From assembly GCA_016218805.1 (NCBI GenBank), contig JACRCW010000155.1:1-49691 (forward strand): a stretch of DNA of 49,691 nt, read 5' to 3'. The notes under the pieces were generated by a model. That model ran no database searches and was not told the origin of the DNA. It saw only the letters and a program-made list of their open reading frames with translations. This stretch comes from Deltaproteobacteria bacterium. GTDB taxonomy: Bacteria > Myxococcota > JACRCW01. Shown piece by piece: positions 28,801 through 36,242 of this stretch (the stretch's first letter is position 1; every line of letters begins with the position of its first letter). A program made the translations under genes and the position numbers.

Positions 28801-31800
28801 CGGATGACTTCGCCAGTTGGTCGCCCACGCCTGCACTGACGACGTACTGGGCCCCGGGTGGGTTCGCGCTGGCGCCTCCCGTCCCGGAGGCCTTGCCGGT
28901 TCCCACCGTACCCATTGCGCTGCCGCCGCCGGTGCGCGCGCTGCCCACGCCGGGTGAGACCATGGCCGCACAGCTCGTCGTGGACCTGCCGCCTGACGGA
29001 GCGCGCCTGGGCACTTCGCGCCTGCTGGTGCGCGGCATGACGCACCCGCTCAACCGTGTCCTCGTCAACGGGCAGGCGGCCGTGGTGGACCCGGTCACCG
29101 GACAGTTTGTGGCGGTGGTGGGGTTGGCGGAAGGACCGGCCACCTTGAAGGTGGAAGCCGAGGACGTGCGCGGCAACCGCGGCATCATCACGCGGGCCTA
29201 CACCGTCGACACGACGGGCCTGTTCTTCATGGCGTTCACGGACACCGCGGCCAGTGCGGGTGGTCGCCTGGACGAGTTCGGCCAATACAACAGTGTGAGC
29301 CCCATGCTCAGCCCGCGGGGCGCGTCGCTGCGCGGCGGGCCGTTGACGTTCTACGGGCGCACCGCGCTGTACGCACGCGGCAAGTGGAAGGGCTTCTGGC
29401 GCATCCCGTTCATTGAGGCCACGCTGCACCTGGACTCCAACCGCATCAATGACCCGTTCCAGGAGCGTGACCTGGCCGGGCAGTGGGTCAGCTACTACCC
29501 GTCGTTCGGTGACAACGGCGTGGAGGTGCAGGAAGCGCGCGCGCGCTACCCGCTGTACGTGCGCGTGAAGGCCGGCGCCAATGAGCTGTACGTGGGCAAC
29601 ACGGCGGCGGCGCTGCAGAACGGTGACCTGTTCCGGTACGCGCGTGCGCGTTACACGGCGATGGGGTCCGTGGACCAGGGCTGGGTGCAGCTTCCCACGC
29701 TCCCGGTGCTGGGCCAGGTGGACCTGGGGCACACGCGGGCGCGCGTGTTTGCGGCGGGCGGTGACACGCCGCGGCGGCCGGCGCACGTGGAGCTGCGGGG
29801 CACCGGCGGGTCCATCTACTTCCTCAAGGACCGCTACGTGGTGGAAGGCAGCGAGCGCGTCCACGTCGTCGTGCGGGACGCCATCACCGGCCAGGAAATC
29901 CTGCGCGTGCTCAAGGTGCGCAACCAGGACTACACCATCCGCTACCAGGAAGGCCGCGTGTTCCTGAGCATGCCGTTGATGTCCACGGCGGACTCCACCT
30001 TCATCACCAACCAGAACCCCACGGCCATCACGCAGGGAAACCCGGCCTATCTGGTGGTGGACTATGAGCACATGGGCCAGGGGGATTTCAGCGAGTTTGG
30101 TGCGGGCGGCGCGGTGGAACAGGTGCTGCTGGACCACGTGGCCGTGGGCGGCGGGTACGTGCTGGAGGGGCGGCGCAACGCCAACCCCAGCTATCAACTG
30201 GGCGGCCTGCATGCGCGCGCGTTCTGGGACAACGACAACTTTGTGCAGGCGGAGTGGGCCTATAGCCGCGCTGTCAACGTGGAGAACGCCATCAGCAGCG
30301 ACGGCGGGCTCACCTACCAGGCGCTGGGCCAGCCGGTGAACGCCGCGCCCGTGGTGCAGGACAACACGCTGTACATGCCGGAGCGGCAGGGTCATGCCTA
30401 CAAGCTCAAGGGGCAGGTGGCGCTGGGCAGGTGGCTGGGCAAGGCCCCCACCGACGTGAGCGCGCGCGCCTACTTCCAGCGCGTGCAGCCCGGGTTCTTC
30501 TCTGACGGGACCATGTTTGACCAGGGGCAGTGGAAGTACGGCGCTGAGGGCAGCTGGCAGATCACCCGCCGCGACAGCCTGCGCCTGCGGTGGGACGGGA
30601 CGTGGACGGACGTGCCGCTGGTCAGCCAGGTGCTGCAGTACCGCCGCCTGCACCGGGAAATGGCCACCCTGCAGCTCAGGCACGTGGAGGGACCCGTCAC
30701 GTTCACCGGCGAATACGCGTCCAACGTGATGGAGGACGGGGCGGACTTTGGACGGGTGAACTGGCAGCAGCTGCGGCGCCGGTGGATGAACGTGGTGGCG
30801 GGCCAGGTGGACTTCAAGGTGGCGGACACCATGGTGCTGTACGGCCGGCAGGAGGGCGTGCTCACCGCGGACCCGCAGCTCATGCCGCGCTGGAATGACC
30901 GGCTGACCACGACGGTGGGCACGCGCATCAAGCTGCTGGAGAACCTGGAACTCAACGTGGCGGAGAGCCTGCGCTGGAACGGCGAAAACGCCACGCAGGT
31001 GGGCCTGCGCACGCGCGTGGATGACCACACGGACCTGTACGGTTCTGAGCGCTTCACGTTCCGCAACGGGGATTTCCTGTCCACCACGGTGGTGGGCGCG
31101 GGCAGCAACGCGGACGCCACCACGCGCACCTACGGCGAATACCAGCTGGACACCGGCACGCGCATGCAGCAGTCGCGCGCGGTGATGGGCGTGTCCCACC
31201 AGTGGACGCTCATGGAGGGCTTCTCCGTTTCGCTCGGGTACGAGCGCACGCACGTGCTGGGCACCTCCACCACCGAGTCCCCCAACGGCCCGCCGACGGC
31301 GGCGCCCAACGGGACGCCCACTCCGTACGCGTTTGGAGACAGCTACGCGTTTGCCTCACCCGGCGCGGTGGGCGCGCAGCCCATGATCCTGGGGTCCGGC
31401 AGCCGGGACGCGCTCAACGGGCAGGTCAACCTCAGCCCGTTCAAGTGGCTCAAGTTCCAGGGGCGCCTGGAGATCCGCATGGACAACGCTGACGAGCGCC
31501 GCGGCGGGTTTGACCGCCTCGTCGTGTTCTCAGCCAACACGCTGTCCTGGAACTGGACGGAAGACCTGTCATTCATTGGCCGGTTCAACCTGCTGGACGT
31601 CAAGAACCTCACCCTCAACCTCAAGGAGGCGGAGCTGCAGGAACTGGCCGCGGGCCTGGCCTACCGCCCCATCCATCACGAATGGCTGAGCGTCCTGGCG
31701 CTGCTGCGCCACCGCCTGGAGCTGCGCCCCATCATGCTGACCGAGGGCCGGTTTGAACGCACCTCCGCCGACGTGGCGTCGCTGGAGCCCATCATTGAGC

Positions 31801-32180
31801 TGCCGTTTGGCCTGCAGTTGGTGGAGAAGGTGGCCTTCAAGTGGAGCCGCGAAAAGGTGGAGGACCTCAAGGAGGGCAACGCGTTCATGGCGTTGTGGAT
31901 CAACCGCGTGAACTACCACGCGTTCCGCATGCTCAAGCGCTTTGTGCCCTGGTTCAACAAGTGGCCCGGCGACATCGACGTGGCGGTGGAGTACCGCCTG
32001 CGGGCGCTGCTCACGCAGTCCCAGCTGGACCACGGCTTTGTCACGGAGATCGGGATCGTGCCGCTGCCGTTCGTGCGCATCGGACTGGGGTTCAACTTCT
32101 CCCGCGTCTCCGACGACGAATTCGCCAAGGTCAACCAGAACGCGTTTGGTCCCTACGTCCGGATGCAGGCCCAGTACTGA
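16881..32180 (+). CDS. Giant (~5100 aa) surface protein: Cys-rich head, 18 DUF11-type Ig repeats, SdrD-B/carboxypeptidase-regulatory-like domains, two OmpA-like domains, C-terminal outer-membrane beta-barrel
   Basis: Uninterrupted ORF. Signal peptide ends LPARA. Repeated TKxV..PGDxxxYxxxxxNxG...VTD...NQA. OmpA-like ends (NRRV) at ~27170-27377 and ~28263-28476. Alternating amphipathic strands from ~29215, ending in Tyr. Start could also be 16911 or 16914. Confidence 0.92.
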   Translation: MRRQCALEGTLVTAALLALALPARASVGGTPPAQLAAWQVQGSANTAGASMMVSDGFGVNIALLPDSNAFLAAVPGDAVVAGAWLFWSGSADPFFGTDNEVRLLTPGGGNYLNLRTDRCEPGETPCDLSQNRCLSVRTPTIDMDFYYCRRNITGLLARIPRGQLGGTYTMGDMQASVGLTEGAPGQCSPGDPNCQAKYGGWSIVVAWQSASSVVVRDAVLFDGFLYADEDYGSPGGGSGISSAFTMTGINARPNARAELSMFALEGDRQLGVPPQDQPGNPLFCTTCLDFLEISTPSHAARWRVTDGTGLNPSGNLFNSSNKGGGDSVGVDVDSFNVGVGGVEAVINGGDTSLTFVMGSGDGRVGGDNGGGELFFLGYLFVALDTDSPRLANAGTFKTASLVTASPGDVIAYTIRVTNDGAANATNVRVTDALPAGTTYVAGSTTNTCGAPSGDVGGTSRLFQPGGVNLGTIGIASPGNFCEVRFQVRINTTFTGTVRNVASISADDVLPFPVEASTTVTAPVLARFEKTVSGATGGGVVPGATLTYTLTLFGNASQNVNGASVVDVLPAELQGVAVTSRPAGSTLISDVTTGRLQVDGINVPAGGTAVIVFTASVRAGTADGTAVRNQGSVTFPGGGPMRSDDPSTAVAADPTTVTVRNRIDLTTSQKTVVSPASLVASPGTAIRWRIRAINSGNRSATVAIADDLPANVGTCTIMAAPAGVTCQPGGVNGTGRVVGTVTLAAGATADVEFTATVLASAPDGATLVNRATLTPQEDVTRVVTVTAPAVTVRNRPDVTTSTKAVLDVNGAPTRPGETVRYTVTVTNNGTRAATGVVVTDAISANLAIVTVGQGGIATGNNVTWNVGNLAVGQTVTRTVDCRVNAGVANGTVIGNRARIASPDLAAPFDTPLVNFTVTAAPVIAVTKTVTDVNGAPARPGDTVRYTLTLTNTGDGNATNVAVTDPVDASLTFVSATAGGALSAGNVRWTVATLGRGAASAVTLTFDARIRTPLDNGTVVSNQASVTSTEITTAVRSDDPGLPGATDPTRFTVTSAPAVAMTKTVTDLNGGDTLPGEEVRYTLTLTNTGDAIARNVTVTDAVDARLTSLVAETGGTVAGQTVTFTGGGLTALAPGTPVTLTFRARVVFPLANGTVIPNQARAAVGAVTVLSNDPSTPAALDPTNLLVRSRPALTVTKRVSNLTTPGSVYRPGNRIAYDLTVRNTGTENALNVVITDVLSANLVNIDAGVNGTLTGQTVRYDRTTLAALASVAPNTSQTVRIQATIRLPLDNGITISNVATGTADTLTPVPSDNPDTPAVGDPTVITITSAAVLSATKTVTDLNGGAFAPGDSVRYTITVRSTGTANARNVVISDPVDGRLRNPVPSNGGVVGGGGIRWDAAVVPALAVLSPTQSVTVTFTATVQTPLDDGTLIANQARITADTLAALLSDDPNTPVAADPTTIRITSAADLSVSTKEILNASGTRITQATPGQDLQYRIRVQNRGNATARNVVVDDVLPAQWTTPVVVSGTLAGSTATWTGATVSGLVAVAPGQQVDLVVRGRLALPLDDGTVVGNQAQLFVNNRTGAPFTSDDPATAAPGDQTRFTVRSAPLISVSKTFTDVNGGDVEPGDQVTYTVSIRNSGTANARNVVVTDPLAGALQFVSAGQGGTLTGSTVTWNSAGFPALAAIAPSAAAVTVTLTARVRTTTASGTLVSNQASVAATGVAAVLSDDPALPGPRDPTVFRVVAQPHLVVTKALPAGAPRIASPGDSITYQFSITNTGSATATGVTLRDELPFGVAFTSATGGGTFDALTRTVRWALPDVTPFGGEARVTLVVVVDDTATDGLTLRNQGFGNAQGTVATASDDPATPAALDPTVVTVSAIVDLSTAAKTVTDENGGLLVPGDVLAWRITVRNTGNTAARNVTVTDELDPALEVVEVQGGGTASGNTVTWASGGVPAFARLRPADGEVALVVRARVRATVADNTSVANQGVVRSNEFPAGIRTDNPATTTVDDPTVVTVRAPRLTVTKRVVDQNGDPTIPGDRIRYSITVQNVGGAPAAAVEVDDDLPAELVEIAVGQGGTLTGRHAHWDRTTTPALTSVAAAVAVELTVDARVEPGVAGNAVLSNQASVRYPGLPAALLSDDPSTPAGADPTVLRLRGAPSFAGSTITIDGNPPVVKPLDPIRFTITLVNGGTAVTQGAVLRVTPDPSLVSPVAEDGGIPVGGVLTWDASTRPELVRMLPGQFIVVHFNARVASPLPDGITISQAAFARSVEVADTRIGPVTVAVSSRPRFVASTLVVTDANSGEVEPGDLLSYRLTVHNDGSATGRAVSVVLPVPSGTRYVPGSTRVGAGAPADVGDVGALAVGAALGDVAAGASVVATFDVRVARETPRGYRVSAQAAITDEVAGTVASDDPRTPAILGDPTDVVVGGGAFLAATLMADPNPTGADGATTLRLVVENPGSLPAADVLATVPLTPSLVVEAGSLTVGGLPVSDADDGDAGGANAQRFYVRMPLVESGQAVVATLRVHLAGGQDRAELQGTLSRPAAMDVPTDGDPARAGAQPTVVVRPGTAADLGGSAVTMVDVNGGSLLAGDMVLVTYTLANRGGVAARLSDGTGFNASLDSRLQLDDTSVAPAAQFVAADGGSRVTSAPGAPGQTIEPGASLTITFRARVRTPTESGREIRTQALVTLQDGTQFTVGPASLRVGGAVGTSSLRGVVFEDVGGNNRRLDPGVDKLVAGYTVALVPAEAGPRGTAVLSAVSDDDGKYALASVAPGEYRVRVLSRGGAQFAERGLVLSAGEQRTENLRIDPSGVIYDSRDGHPLAGVRVTLFRDDGDDSDVNDAVLPADQLPAGQQDQVTGPDGRYRFDPLAGRYRLGLDGPQPTSVWPSAVIPVSNEDHVANPLGSFARTDADGNVVPDAQPRLDREVRYYLRFDLTTGREVLHNHVPVDPLASVVRLTKQANKRVVNAGDLVTYTVRLTNTAAQDFTVRSQMGGVEFADAIPSGFSYVKGSARVDRIVRDDRGQPRRERLPTVDPAGSKVLVFGAYDLLGRSEMELRYQLAVGPSARFGQAENRVLARAAAGQMAISAEARAFVEVRPETLFDDGTVVGKVFCDQDGDGWQGAAEEGVLGARVVLDTGFYAETDEDGRFHFTLVTPGSHLAKLDLDTLPPGAVPTTPIRNPFYTTRGLPTRMSWGVRCLRDPATRPFVVLNTDSYPLPWQKPVPPGPPPPDQVHVHGVLTQRLVFLDGVRQEPVRVDLGIAFGNQDPVIGQGPGPNLMAFQADKGLGMPLTLHPRVSTLLPLTGWRLVVEDEESHAVAWALEQEEPPPEVLNWDGRDPATGELRLQAGRRYIATLAVVATNGDVGISAPRRFGIRVGAAQEGGGYEALIDEGAGALFDKKGRPDPRLLAWLREEAPKLGASAETKVEVEVHGDDKTTAKEAKANQKRAERVRDELATMGVAKDQVEARGFGGEAARVPNMGRPQRAMNRRVVIRSRSVQALGEPLAPVESLPRVNLNGLEIALDEERVRFETDLPMRVGELVRVDLTMASGQRVILARTYTGQPFPEGASAPPQSAGVTVRGDMAGPQVVVEDTAIPVPAAGSVAAEVDAPDGGAAPYMLDDNGLPDREIAIRLRAPPDALRWSLRVFTDAPPPSPAADGGVPDGGAPDGGDAGSLSADAGTEGPRVFSGDEVVVWEQRVEGAPPEVFRWSGQNETGANMLRPGTLRFRFMAEVPGGVTLYAPEGEIAVQAKPAPVVLSNPFTKTKKLTLAAQMALGGMLEQFGRLGGTIVVTAHTDSSSTRMKALFETQDQADRIKEALVKMGVPESAVAAQGKGFQEPLVPGKSRRAREQNRRVELLVVPAAPVSAPAVVVPAVEVNGQPVPLTGTVFSARTFQTRRGDLVIAWRAVTGDRVVLRHHAVLPDSGAAPRTLAQALGPIPGTTLLPLPAGYVLPSAPPMLDGGTQDGGTDDFASWSPTPALTTYWAPGGFALAPPVPEALPVPTVPIALPPPVRALPTPGETMAAQLVVDLPPDGARLGTSRLLVRGMTHPLNRVLVNGQAAVVDPVTGQFVAVVGLAEGPATLKVEAEDVRGNRGIITRAYTVDTTGLFFMAFTDTAASAGGRLDEFGQYNSVSPMLSPRGASLRGGPLTFYGRTALYARGKWKGFWRIPFIEATLHLDSNRINDPFQERDLAGQWVSYYPSFGDNGVEVQEARARYPLYVRVKAGANELYVGNTAAALQNGDLFRYARARYTAMGSVDQGWVQLPTLPVLGQVDLGHTRARVFAAGGDTPRRPAHVELRGTGGSIYFLKDRYVVEGSERVHVVVRDAITGQEILRVLKVRNQDYTIRYQEGRVFLSMPLMSTADSTFITNQNPTAITQGNPAYLVVDYEHMGQGDFSEFGAGGAVEQVLLDHVAVGGGYVLEGRRNANPSYQLGGLHARAFWDNDNFVQAEWAYSRAVNVENAISSDGGLTYQALGQPVNAAPVVQDNTLYMPERQGHAYKLKGQVALGRWLGKAPTDVSARAYFQRVQPGFFSDGTMFDQGQWKYGAEGSWQITRRDSLRLRWDGTWTDVPLVSQVLQYRRLHREMATLQLRHVEGPVTFTGEYASNVMEDGADFGRVNWQQLRRRWMNVVAGQVDFKVADTMVLYGRQEGVLTADPQLMPRWNDRLTTTVGTRIKLLENLELNVAESLRWNGENATQVGLRTRVDDHTDLYGSERFTFRNGDFLSTTVVGAGSNADATTRTYGEYQLDTGTRMQQSRAVMGVSHQWTLMEGFSVSLGYERTHVLGTSTTESPNGPPTAAPNGTPTPYAFGDSYAFASPGAVGAQPMILGSGSRDALNGQVNLSPFKWLKFQGRLEIRMDNADERRGGFDRLVVFSANTLSWNWTEDLSFIGRFNLLDVKNLTLNLKEAELQELAAGLAYRPIHHEWLSVLALLRHRLELRPIMLTEGRFERTSADVASLEPIIELPFGLQLVEKVAFKWSREKVEDLKEGNAFMALWINRVNYHAFRMLKRFVPWFNKWPGDIDVAVEYRLRALLTQSQLDHGFVTEIGIVPLPFVRIGLGFNFSRVSDDEFAKVNQNAFGPYVRMQAQY

Positions 32181-32187
32181 GCCCGGT

Positions 32188-32216
32188 TTGACGATCCGGT
32201 CGGCGTCTTCTACGGT
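32188..32216 (+). promoter_or_regulatory. Sigma70-type internal promoter
   Basis: TTGACG-17 nt-TACGGT between the giant gene and the next lipoprotein gene. Confidence 0.55.
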
Positions 32217-32246
32217 CCGCGGCCTTTGACGACGCTGGAGGCCGCC

Positions 32247-34013
32247 TTGAGACGTTACCTGCCGGGATTCCTTGTTGCCCTTGCACTGTCCACCGGATGC
32301 AAGGAGTGCACGGGCGAGCTGCAGAAGCTGACCAGCAACGCCGTCCTGGTGCCGTCCGTCTACAGCTTTGGCGTGGTGCAGGTGGGCGCGTCGTGCGATG
32401 GCACCATCAAGGTCCGCAATGAAGGCCAGGCGGAGCTGACCATCACCGGCGTCAGTTACTCTGATGACAACAGTGGCGGCGCGCTGTCCGTGGTCAGCTT
32501 TCCCACGGAGTCCGTCCTGTCCGCGGGTGAGGGCGAGATTGTCCTGCGCTACGCACCCACCGCGCCTTCCAACGGCCTCACCTCCGCCACCCTGCGGGTG
32601 AACACCAATGACCCCACCGGCGGTGGGGAGCGGCGCGGCACCGTCACCGGCGAAGCGGTGGCCCAGACGGCCGGCAAGCTGTGGCCCACCTGCAAGGTCA
32701 ACCTGGACGACACGGGGGACCCCGGTCTGTGCACGCTGATGGAGTTTGGCTCCACGCCCAAGCTGCAGCCGGGCGCCGCGGGCGGGCTCACGCGCACCAT
32801 CACCGTCAGCAATGACGGCACCGCGCCGTTCAACATCCTGGGGGTGAACGTGCTGCCGCCGGACGGGCAGACCCTGCAGCCGGAATTCGCCGTGGACCTC
32901 ATCAATGGCCAGCCGCCCGGCGCCGCGGTCTCCGTCCCCGCTTCGCGCCAGGGCGCATGCGGCGAGGCCATCCCCAACGTCCCGGGCATCCCGGTGGTCA
33001 TCAAGTTCACGCCCACGCGCATTGGCATCCAGGGCGCGCGCATCCAGATCATCACGGACGCGCCCACCGCGGGCACCGGTGACGGCAACCCACCCGCCGG
33101 GCAGGCCAACGTCAACGTCACCGGCCTGGGCAGCGGCACGGGGCTCGGGTTGTCCCCGGAGTTCATTGCCTTTGGCGAAGTGGCAGCGGGCTCCTCCAAG
33201 ACGGAGGACGTGCGCGTGGCCAACCTGGGTGACAGCCAGGCGGCGGTGAACACCACGTGCATTGACATGAATGACAACGGGACCTGTTACACGGACCCGC
33301 TGTGCACCAGCGGCTGCCAGGCGGATACCGCGGACGTGGAGTGCACCGGCGGGGACGCGGACCCCTCCACCGGCCTCAACTGCGACGTGGAGGGGCAGGG
33401 CAAGGGCTTTGTGCTGACGGCCACGGACGCAACCTCCGGCGGCACTGACGAGGCCGTGCTGCACGTGACCTGGGCGCCGCCGTCCGCGGCCACCTTCAGC
33501 AAGAGCCTGTTGTTCATGAGCAACGTGGCGGGGAACACCATCTATTCGGTGCGCATCACCGGCGGCGTGGCGGGCACCATCTCCGCCAACCCGGGCTCCG
33601 TCGTCGTGGCGGCCAGTGATGACACCAACACGGCCACCGGGTCCGCCACGTTTGTGGTGAGCAACACCGGACAGGCGGACCTGGTGATCAGCCAGGTGTC
33701 CTTTGACGGGCCGGCCTCCATCACGGATGACTTCCGCCTCACGCGCGCTGAAGACGGCCTGTTCACCATGTCCTGCACGCGCACCGCCGCCCAGACGTCC
33801 TGCACGGTGCCCGCGTGGAGCACGCCGTTCACCATTGCCCAGGGCGGGCAGACCACGTTCACCCTGGCGTTCCAGGACAACGACGCAGCCGTGAGCATGC
33901 AGGACATGGACATTGCGTTCACGCACAACGGCAACGGCGGCAACCCGTTCCTTGTCGGCGTGAGCGTGTGCAAGCCCGCTGGCGGTACCTCCCCGCGCCC
34001 CACCTGCCCCTGA
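32247..34013 (+). CDS. Lipoprotein with tandem ASH/choice-of-anchor-D Ig domains
   Basis: TTG 32247 after GGAG (alternative TTG 32226). Lipobox LSTGC. Four FG.V......IxxxNxGxAxLxI modules. Confidence 0.8.
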   Translation: MRRYLPGFLVALALSTGCKECTGELQKLTSNAVLVPSVYSFGVVQVGASCDGTIKVRNEGQAELTITGVSYSDDNSGGALSVVSFPTESVLSAGEGEIVLRYAPTAPSNGLTSATLRVNTNDPTGGGERRGTVTGEAVAQTAGKLWPTCKVNLDDTGDPGLCTLMEFGSTPKLQPGAAGGLTRTITVSNDGTAPFNILGVNVLPPDGQTLQPEFAVDLINGQPPGAAVSVPASRQGACGEAIPNVPGIPVVIKFTPTRIGIQGARIQIITDAPTAGTGDGNPPAGQANVNVTGLGSGTGLGLSPEFIAFGEVAAGSSKTEDVRVANLGDSQAAVNTTCIDMNDNGTCYTDPLCTSGCQADTADVECTGGDADPSTGLNCDVEGQGKGFVLTATDATSGGTDEAVLHVTWAPPSAATFSKSLLFMSNVAGNTIYSVRITGGVAGTISANPGSVVVAASDDTNTATGSATFVVSNTGQADLVISQVSFDGPASITDDFRLTRAEDGLFTMSCTRTAAQTSCTVPAWSTPFTIAQGGQTTFTLAFQDNDAAVSMQDMDIAFTHNGNGGNPFLVGVSVCKPAGGTSPRPTCP

Positions 34014-34019
34014 CGTCCC

Positions 34020-34042
34020 GGTGGGCGGACCCACCACATTTC
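34020..34042 (+). terminator. Short hairpin, possible weak terminator or processing site
   Basis: GGTGGG-CGGA-CCCACC followed by ACATTTC, just after the stop. Confidence 0.3.
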
Positions 34043-34131
34043 ACGCACCAGCATCCGTCCGTCGTCCGATACGGTGATGACCCCGTGTCGCGTGCACGCA
34101 CGCCCGGGCACGGGCATGATGGGTGGCTGTC

Positions 34132-36234
34132 ATGAGAAACCTCAGTCTTGGCAGGCAGATGCGGGTGGCGACGGTCGCGGCGGGCCTGGTGGCGCTGACC
34201 GCGTGCGACGGGTGCAACACCGTGGACACGGCGTCGTGCGAAATTGACTCGGACTGCGCGTCCACCGAGCAGTGCGAAAACGGGCGCTGCGTGCCGCGGC
34301 GGGTGGCGGCGTGCACGGAGGACCTGGACTGCGGCAACGGCCGCGAGTGCATCAACGGCGTCTGCCAGGTCCGCATCGTGCGGACGGACGGCGGGCTGCA
34401 GACGGTGGACGCGGGCTCGTCGTCGTCTTCTTCCGGCAACCCGGGCGGCGGGGTGCTGTTCCTCAATCCGTCTGACCAGCTGGAGTTTGGTGACCCGCTG
34501 CTCAACCAGGACATCATCCGCACATCCATCCTGCGCAATGACGGCTCCGGGCCGCTCAACGTCACCGCGGTGACGCTCACGCCCGGCACCAGCAGCGAAT
34601 ACGGCGTGGCCACCTCCAGCACGCTCCCCGTGGCCATTGCCGTGGGCGAGGAGATGCGCATCAGCGTGACCTACCACCTCGTGGACGCCGAGGTGGACGT
34701 GGGCAGCGTCACCATCCGCTCGGATGCGTCGTCCTGCACGTTCAACTGCCCGGACCCCACCAACGTGCGGCTGCCGCTGTTTGCGGAGTTCAAGGGTGAC
34801 AAGCAGCTGGCGGTGGCGCCCACCACGCATGATTTTGGCTTCATTGACGTGGGCAGCCAGTCACCGGACTTCAGCATCAATGCGTCCAACGCGGGGACGC
34901 GTTCACGCATCCTCACCGTGCAGAGCGTGACGCTGACGGGCGCGGGTGCGGCGCATTTTGGTGTCCAGACGGCGGGGCTGACGCTGCCGGCGCTGCTCTC
35001 CCCGCAGCAGGTGGTGCCCATCCCCGTGTTCTACAAGCCGCTGGCGCAAGGCACGCACCAAGCGGAACTGGAAATCACCGCGGACAGTGACAACCCTGAC
35101 CTGCGGCTGCTCAAGGTGACCCTCAACGGGCGCAGCGTGCCCACGGTGGACCTCAGCGCGGATTCCATCAACTTCGGCACCGTGCAGATCGGGCAGGAAC
35201 TCACCCGCTCCACGACGATCCACAACAACAGCAACGTGTCCGTCACCATCCAGGCGGGCGCGTTTGCCAACGGGCAGGGCACGCAGGGTTTCTACCTGCC
35301 CAGCCCGGCGCCGTTCCCGCTCACCATCCCCATGGGCAGCACCGCCACCGTGGAGGTTATCTTCCGGCCCACGGGGACGGCGGGCGCGCGGTCAGACGCG
35401 CTCAACTTTGCGCACAACCTCTCTGCCACGCCGGTGACCGCGGCGCTCACGGGGAACGCGGAGCCGCCGCCGCCGCCGCCCGGAGGTCCGGGGTTGGACG
35501 CCGTCATGACGTATACGCGCGGGGGCACGGAACAGGAGGGCTGCGGCAACTGGACGGGGATAGACAACTACCAGAACATGGACCTCATCATGGAGGCGGG
35601 CGGCGGCACGTGCGAGAAGCCCACCGTGGTGGGCGGCCAATGCCCGTCAGACAACATGTGCACGTGCAGCTTTGGGGCGCAGGGTGGTGCCACGTGGCGC
35701 GCCAGCGGCGGCACCGCGCCGGAGCCGTACCAGGTGGAGAGCATCAGCCACAATCAGGCCGGTGGCGACGGGACCTTCATGGTGAAGACCCGCTATTGGG
35801 ATGATTGCAGTGATTACTACCGCAGCGGATTTGCCGCGTTTGCGCAGGGTATCTGCGGGTACGGCGGCACGCCGCCGCTGCGCTACTACTGCTTCCCGCG
35901 GGACAAGTTCCCGTCCATCTACGTGGCCTGCGGCGTGTCCGGTGAGCCGTACAACGGCTACTGCATCTCAGAGACGGATTGCCTGTACCTGGCGCAGACG
36001 CTGGACGGCGAATGCGGCGGCCATGCCGGGTCCACCGCCAAGGTGGTGGTCACCATCAAGAACCCGCAGGGGCAGGTGGTGGAGGCGCGCGGGTTCTGCC
36101 GTCCGTACACGCAGTCCAGCCAGGCCGTGAAGAATGACGTGGTGACCATGGTGCGCAACCAGGGCTACTTCACGTTTGGCGCGGTGGCGCCGGGCGTCAC
36201 CACGCTGGTCAACGCGTCGGACAACTGCCCCTGA
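34132..36234 (+). CDS. Lipoprotein with Cys-rich N-terminal repeats, three ASH/choice-of-anchor-D domains and a Cys-rich C-terminal domain
   Basis: Lipobox LTAC. CxxDxDCxxxxxCxNGxC twice. LEFG/HDFG/INFG modules. Poly-Pro linker. Confidence 0.8.
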   Translation: MRNLSLGRQMRVATVAAGLVALTACDGCNTVDTASCEIDSDCASTEQCENGRCVPRRVAACTEDLDCGNGRECINGVCQVRIVRTDGGLQTVDAGSSSSSSGNPGGGVLFLNPSDQLEFGDPLLNQDIIRTSILRNDGSGPLNVTAVTLTPGTSSEYGVATSSTLPVAIAVGEEMRISVTYHLVDAEVDVGSVTIRSDASSCTFNCPDPTNVRLPLFAEFKGDKQLAVAPTTHDFGFIDVGSQSPDFSINASNAGTRSRILTVQSVTLTGAGAAHFGVQTAGLTLPALLSPQQVVPIPVFYKPLAQGTHQAELEITADSDNPDLRLLKVTLNGRSVPTVDLSADSINFGTVQIGQELTRSTTIHNNSNVSVTIQAGAFANGQGTQGFYLPSPAPFPLTIPMGSTATVEVIFRPTGTAGARSDALNFAHNLSATPVTAALTGNAEPPPPPPGGPGLDAVMTYTRGGTEQEGCGNWTGIDNYQNMDLIMEAGGGTCEKPTVVGGQCPSDNMCTCSFGAQGGATWRASGGTAPEPYQVESISHNQAGGDGTFMVKTRYWDDCSDYYRSGFAAFAQGICGYGGTPPLRYYCFPRDKFPSIYVACGVSGEPYNGYCISETDCLYLAQTLDGECGGHAGSTAKVVVTIKNPQGQVVEARGFCRPYTQSSQAVKNDVVTMVRNQGYFTFGAVAPGVTTLVNASDNCP

Positions 36235-36242
36235 GGCGTCCC

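Noticed and set aside
2744..34032. GGGTCCGCCC (2744-2753) and its reverse complement (34023-34032) as element ends
   Set aside because: A 10-bp GC-rich match explained by chance or by independent UNCG-type hairpins.
21102..34037. Long minus-strand ORFs of 822-895 aa (21102-23630, 24879-27347, 28566-31253, 31569-34037)
   Set aside because: Stop-poor antisense frames expected from high GC3. They are Arg/His/Gly-rich with no domains.
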